Shown piece after piece: positions 60,951 through 64,000 of a DNA stretch of 64,000 nucleotides (positions within the stretch are counted from its first letter, which is position 1; the number at the start of each line of letters is the position of its first letter). The position numbers were made by a program, and so were the translations under genes. Location of the stretch: positions 5,148,001-5,212,000 of the forward strand of contig CM052816.1 in assembly GCA_028534125.1 (NCBI GenBank), read 5' to 3'. A model generated the notes under the pieces. That model did no database searches and was not told the DNA's origin. It saw nothing but the letters and a program-made list of their open reading frames with translations. This DNA is from Lama glama (Eukaryota).

Positions 60951-63202
60951 GCACCCCTTATTCCAGACCTTCCCTCATACCGATCTTCCTGCCTGCAGTC
61001 CTTCCTTCCCGTTTTCCCTTTTACCCAATCCTGCCCACTCATCCAGGTTCGAGTCCCACCTCCTCTGGGAAGCCTGCCCTGACGATTCCAGCAGAAATGC
61101 AACTCTCTTCCTTCTGCCTCTTGCCGGCACTGGGGTGGCACACCCTGAGCACTGGGCGAGGCCTGTCTGTCTCCCCTTTACACTGCCAGCAACAGGAGGG
61201 AAGCAACATGGCCATCCCCAGCCCCAGAGGCTCAAGGAGGACACAGAGAAGGCGCAGAGGGCAGACTGTGGTTGGGAGACGCAGCTGAAGATGTTCAAGC
61301 ACCAAAGAGTCCCTGGGTCATAGAGTCAGAAGAGCTAACAGCTAGAATAGATCTTCAAGCCATACATTGCACCTGGCCTCCCAACAAAGGATTTTATTGA
61401 CTATGAACCACTCATTATCTGCCAGGCCCTTGCTGAACTCTTTATCACAGCATCTCAGGTAATCATCACAACTGCCTTATGCATTACGTCCTACTAATGC
61501 CCTTATTTTACATATGGAGAAAGTGAGATTCAGAGAGGTACAGTAACATCCTCAGGGTCACACAGCAAGCAAGTACCAAAGAAGAGATTCTTCATTTCTC
61601 TTAATGTCGAAGTATGCCACTTCGACAGCATCAGCCACAGATAAATATCTGGCCTCCACTTGCATCCCACTGTTGTCAGAGAGCTCACTACACACTAGGT
61701 CATTCTTTCATTTATTCATTCAATTAATAAATATGTATTAAGCAGTACTGGGTGTGTCACTGGGGGACGCACAAGGTGTCAGCTCTCACGGAGATCACAT
61801 TCTAAAAAGAAGAGGACCATGAAAAGTAAAACTGACAGGGATAGATTCTAAACAGGATTAAAACAGGCCAAGGTGACTGGTTTCCATGTTGGAAGAGCAC
61901 ATGTTAGGGAATCAGAGGACATGGTTGAGTGTGTGTGACCTTCCATGGTACCTCCAACCTCTCTGAACCTCAGATTTTGCTATCTGCAACCTGGAGGAGA
62001 CGGAACTTCTTCCCTAAGCATTTCCCTGGTCTAAGATGCGAGTCCATGCCTCCCCCTCAGGGGCCTGGCCCCACTTGAGACTCTGGGAGGCGGGCAAAAG
62101 AAGGACTGAGGAGGCCACAGCTTGCCCCACTCCCTGGGACCAGAAGCAGAGATGCAGGAAGGACTCCAGCCCCAATGTTGGCAGTGTATTCTGTTTCCTG
62201 CAGGCCCTGTTCCGGGGGACCTTCCCCTAGAGTTGCCAGTCCTCGTCCACTTCCCTTAATAGTTCGAAGCTGAAATGAGAGGTTCTGCCTCTACCCACTG
62301 GGTAATCCCAGACAGGCCTTTCACCTCTCTGGGCCTCAGTTTCCCCAGCTCGGACCTTCCTGGCGTCCAGGAAAGGCTCTCCCAGTGGGCCTCCAGATGG
62401 TAGCAGGGTCGCCATGGTGACAAGCTGACCTGCACCCAGAGGGCCCATGCAGGGTGATGGGGCCTTGGCGGGGCTGTTTATTGGGAGAGAGCCGGCGAGG
62501 GAGGCCTGTGGAGGGAACGTGCTTTACCCACAGAAGCAGCCTGGGTCGGGTTGCGAGTCTGGTTAATGCCTCCCTGCATTAGGCCTGTCGCCTGTTGACA
62601 GGATTTTTTGTTTAACTGGAGGCATAAGAAAACAATAACATCTGTCGGCATGAGGAACGCTGCAGCAGCCCTGTGGGGAGAGCTCTTAAGGAGGTGGGGA
62701 GTCAGGAGGCTAAAGTCTGGGCTCTGCCACGTGAACTGGGTGACCCTGGGCAAGTGCCTTCTCCGTGGACCTCGGTCTTGCCGTCTGGCAATGAGCAGGC
62801 TGCACCACAGCTGGCCAACTCCAAGTGCATTCCAAAGAGCATCTGCATCAGGGTTTCCCCAGGAGCCTGTTAAATTCAGATCACAGGCCTTGTCCCACTC
62901 CACTGACCCAGGGTCTCTGGGGGAAGAGGCCCGTGAACCACTGTGTCCTGAATGTGACTTGGGAGGGCCTGCATCATGGGGCAAGAATGAGCACTGTGGT
63001 TCCCACATGTCAGCATGGGGTGTGGAACACAAGAAGGGTTAGCTGTCCTTATGAGCTGAAAGTCAAAAGGATATGCGTCAGAATGTTAATAGGTGGTAAT
63101 TCTAGTCATTTCAATTGTATCCTTTTTTCTGTTTGACTTTCCGGCACTTGCTGATTTTTCTATACTGAACATGTATAGCAGTGTAACAGACAAAAATAAT
63201 TA

Positions 63203-64000
63203 CAGACCAAAGAGGTGAAAGACTTATATGCTGATAACTATAAAACATTGATATAGGAAACTGAAGATGATTCAAAGAGATGGAAAGATATCCCATGCTC
63301 TTGGATGGGAAGAATTAATATTGTTAAAATGGCCATCCCACACTCAAAGCAATCTATAGATTTAATATGATCCCTATCAAATTACCCAAGATATTTTTCA
63401 CAGAACTAGAACAAATAATCCTAAAATGTATATGGAATCACAAAAGACCCAGAATTGTCAAAGCAATACTGAAGAAAAAGCATGAAGCTAGAGAAATAAC
63501 TCTCCCAGACTTCAGACAATACTACAGAGCTATAGTATTCAAAACAGCATGGTATTGACATAAAAACAGACATATGGATCAATGGAAAAGAAGAGAAAGC
63601 CTAGAAATAAACCCATACACCTGTGGTCAATTAATCTTCAACAAAGGAGTCAAGAATACACAATGGAGAAAAGACAGTCTCTTCTGCAAGTCATGTTGGG
63701 AAAGCTGGACAGTTCATGTGAATCAATGAAATTAGAACGCTTCATCACACCATACACAAAAATAAACTCAAAATGGCTTAAGGCTTAATTATAAGACATG
63801 GCACCATAAAGCTAGGAGAAAGCAGAGGTAAAACATTCTCTGGCATAAAGTGTAACAAAGTATTTTTTAGATCAGTCTCCTAAGGCAAAAGAAATAAAAG
63901 CAAAAATAAACAAATGGGACCTAATCAAATTAAAAGCTTTTGCACTGCAAAGGAAACTATGAACAAAATGAAAGGACAGCCTACGAATTTGGAGAAAATA
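63203..64000 (+). mobile_element. L1 ORF2 fragment, runs off the window end
   Basis: Peptides [47 protein letters not shown] and TPYTKINSKWLK; disrupted by stops and frameshifts. Confidence 0.95.

Noticed and set aside
63203..64000. Active L1 ORF2
   Set aside because: 5'-truncated with in-frame stops and frameshifts
1..64000. CRISPR array, operon or other prokaryote-type system; NUMT
   Set aside because: No regularly spaced repeats, no gene-dense ORF structure and no mitochondrial-like sequence recognised; repeat content is mammalian

Overview
Mammalian non-coding DNA, very probably camelid (camel/llama/alpaca): about ten copies of a tRNA-Ala(AGC)-derived SINE matching the vic-1 family and several artiodactyl-type L1 3' ends are present. 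I recognise no host protein-coding exon, functional RNA gene or prokaryote-type system; the only recognisable peptides in the ORF track are broken LINE-1 ORF2 pieces. The window is a dense mosaic of old and young repeats (MIR, L2, L1, MaLR/ERVL and ERV1 solo LTRs, MER transposons) separated by repeat-poor islands carrying clustered developmental TF motifs and CTCF-like sites, as in a large intron or gene-desert regulatory landscape. The most notable items are retrotransposition by-products defined by target-site duplications (TSDs): a ~1.3 kb unique insert resembling an mRNA 3' end that splits an L1MC (29442-30759), a 29-nt AATAAA+poly(A) micro-insert (27522-27558), a solo poly(A) insert (14753-14779) and a multi-layer nested repeat stack (27280-33260). 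Repeat family names come from my recollection of consensus sequences, and boundaries not fixed by TSDs are approximate. No novel biological system can be claimed from the sequence alone.
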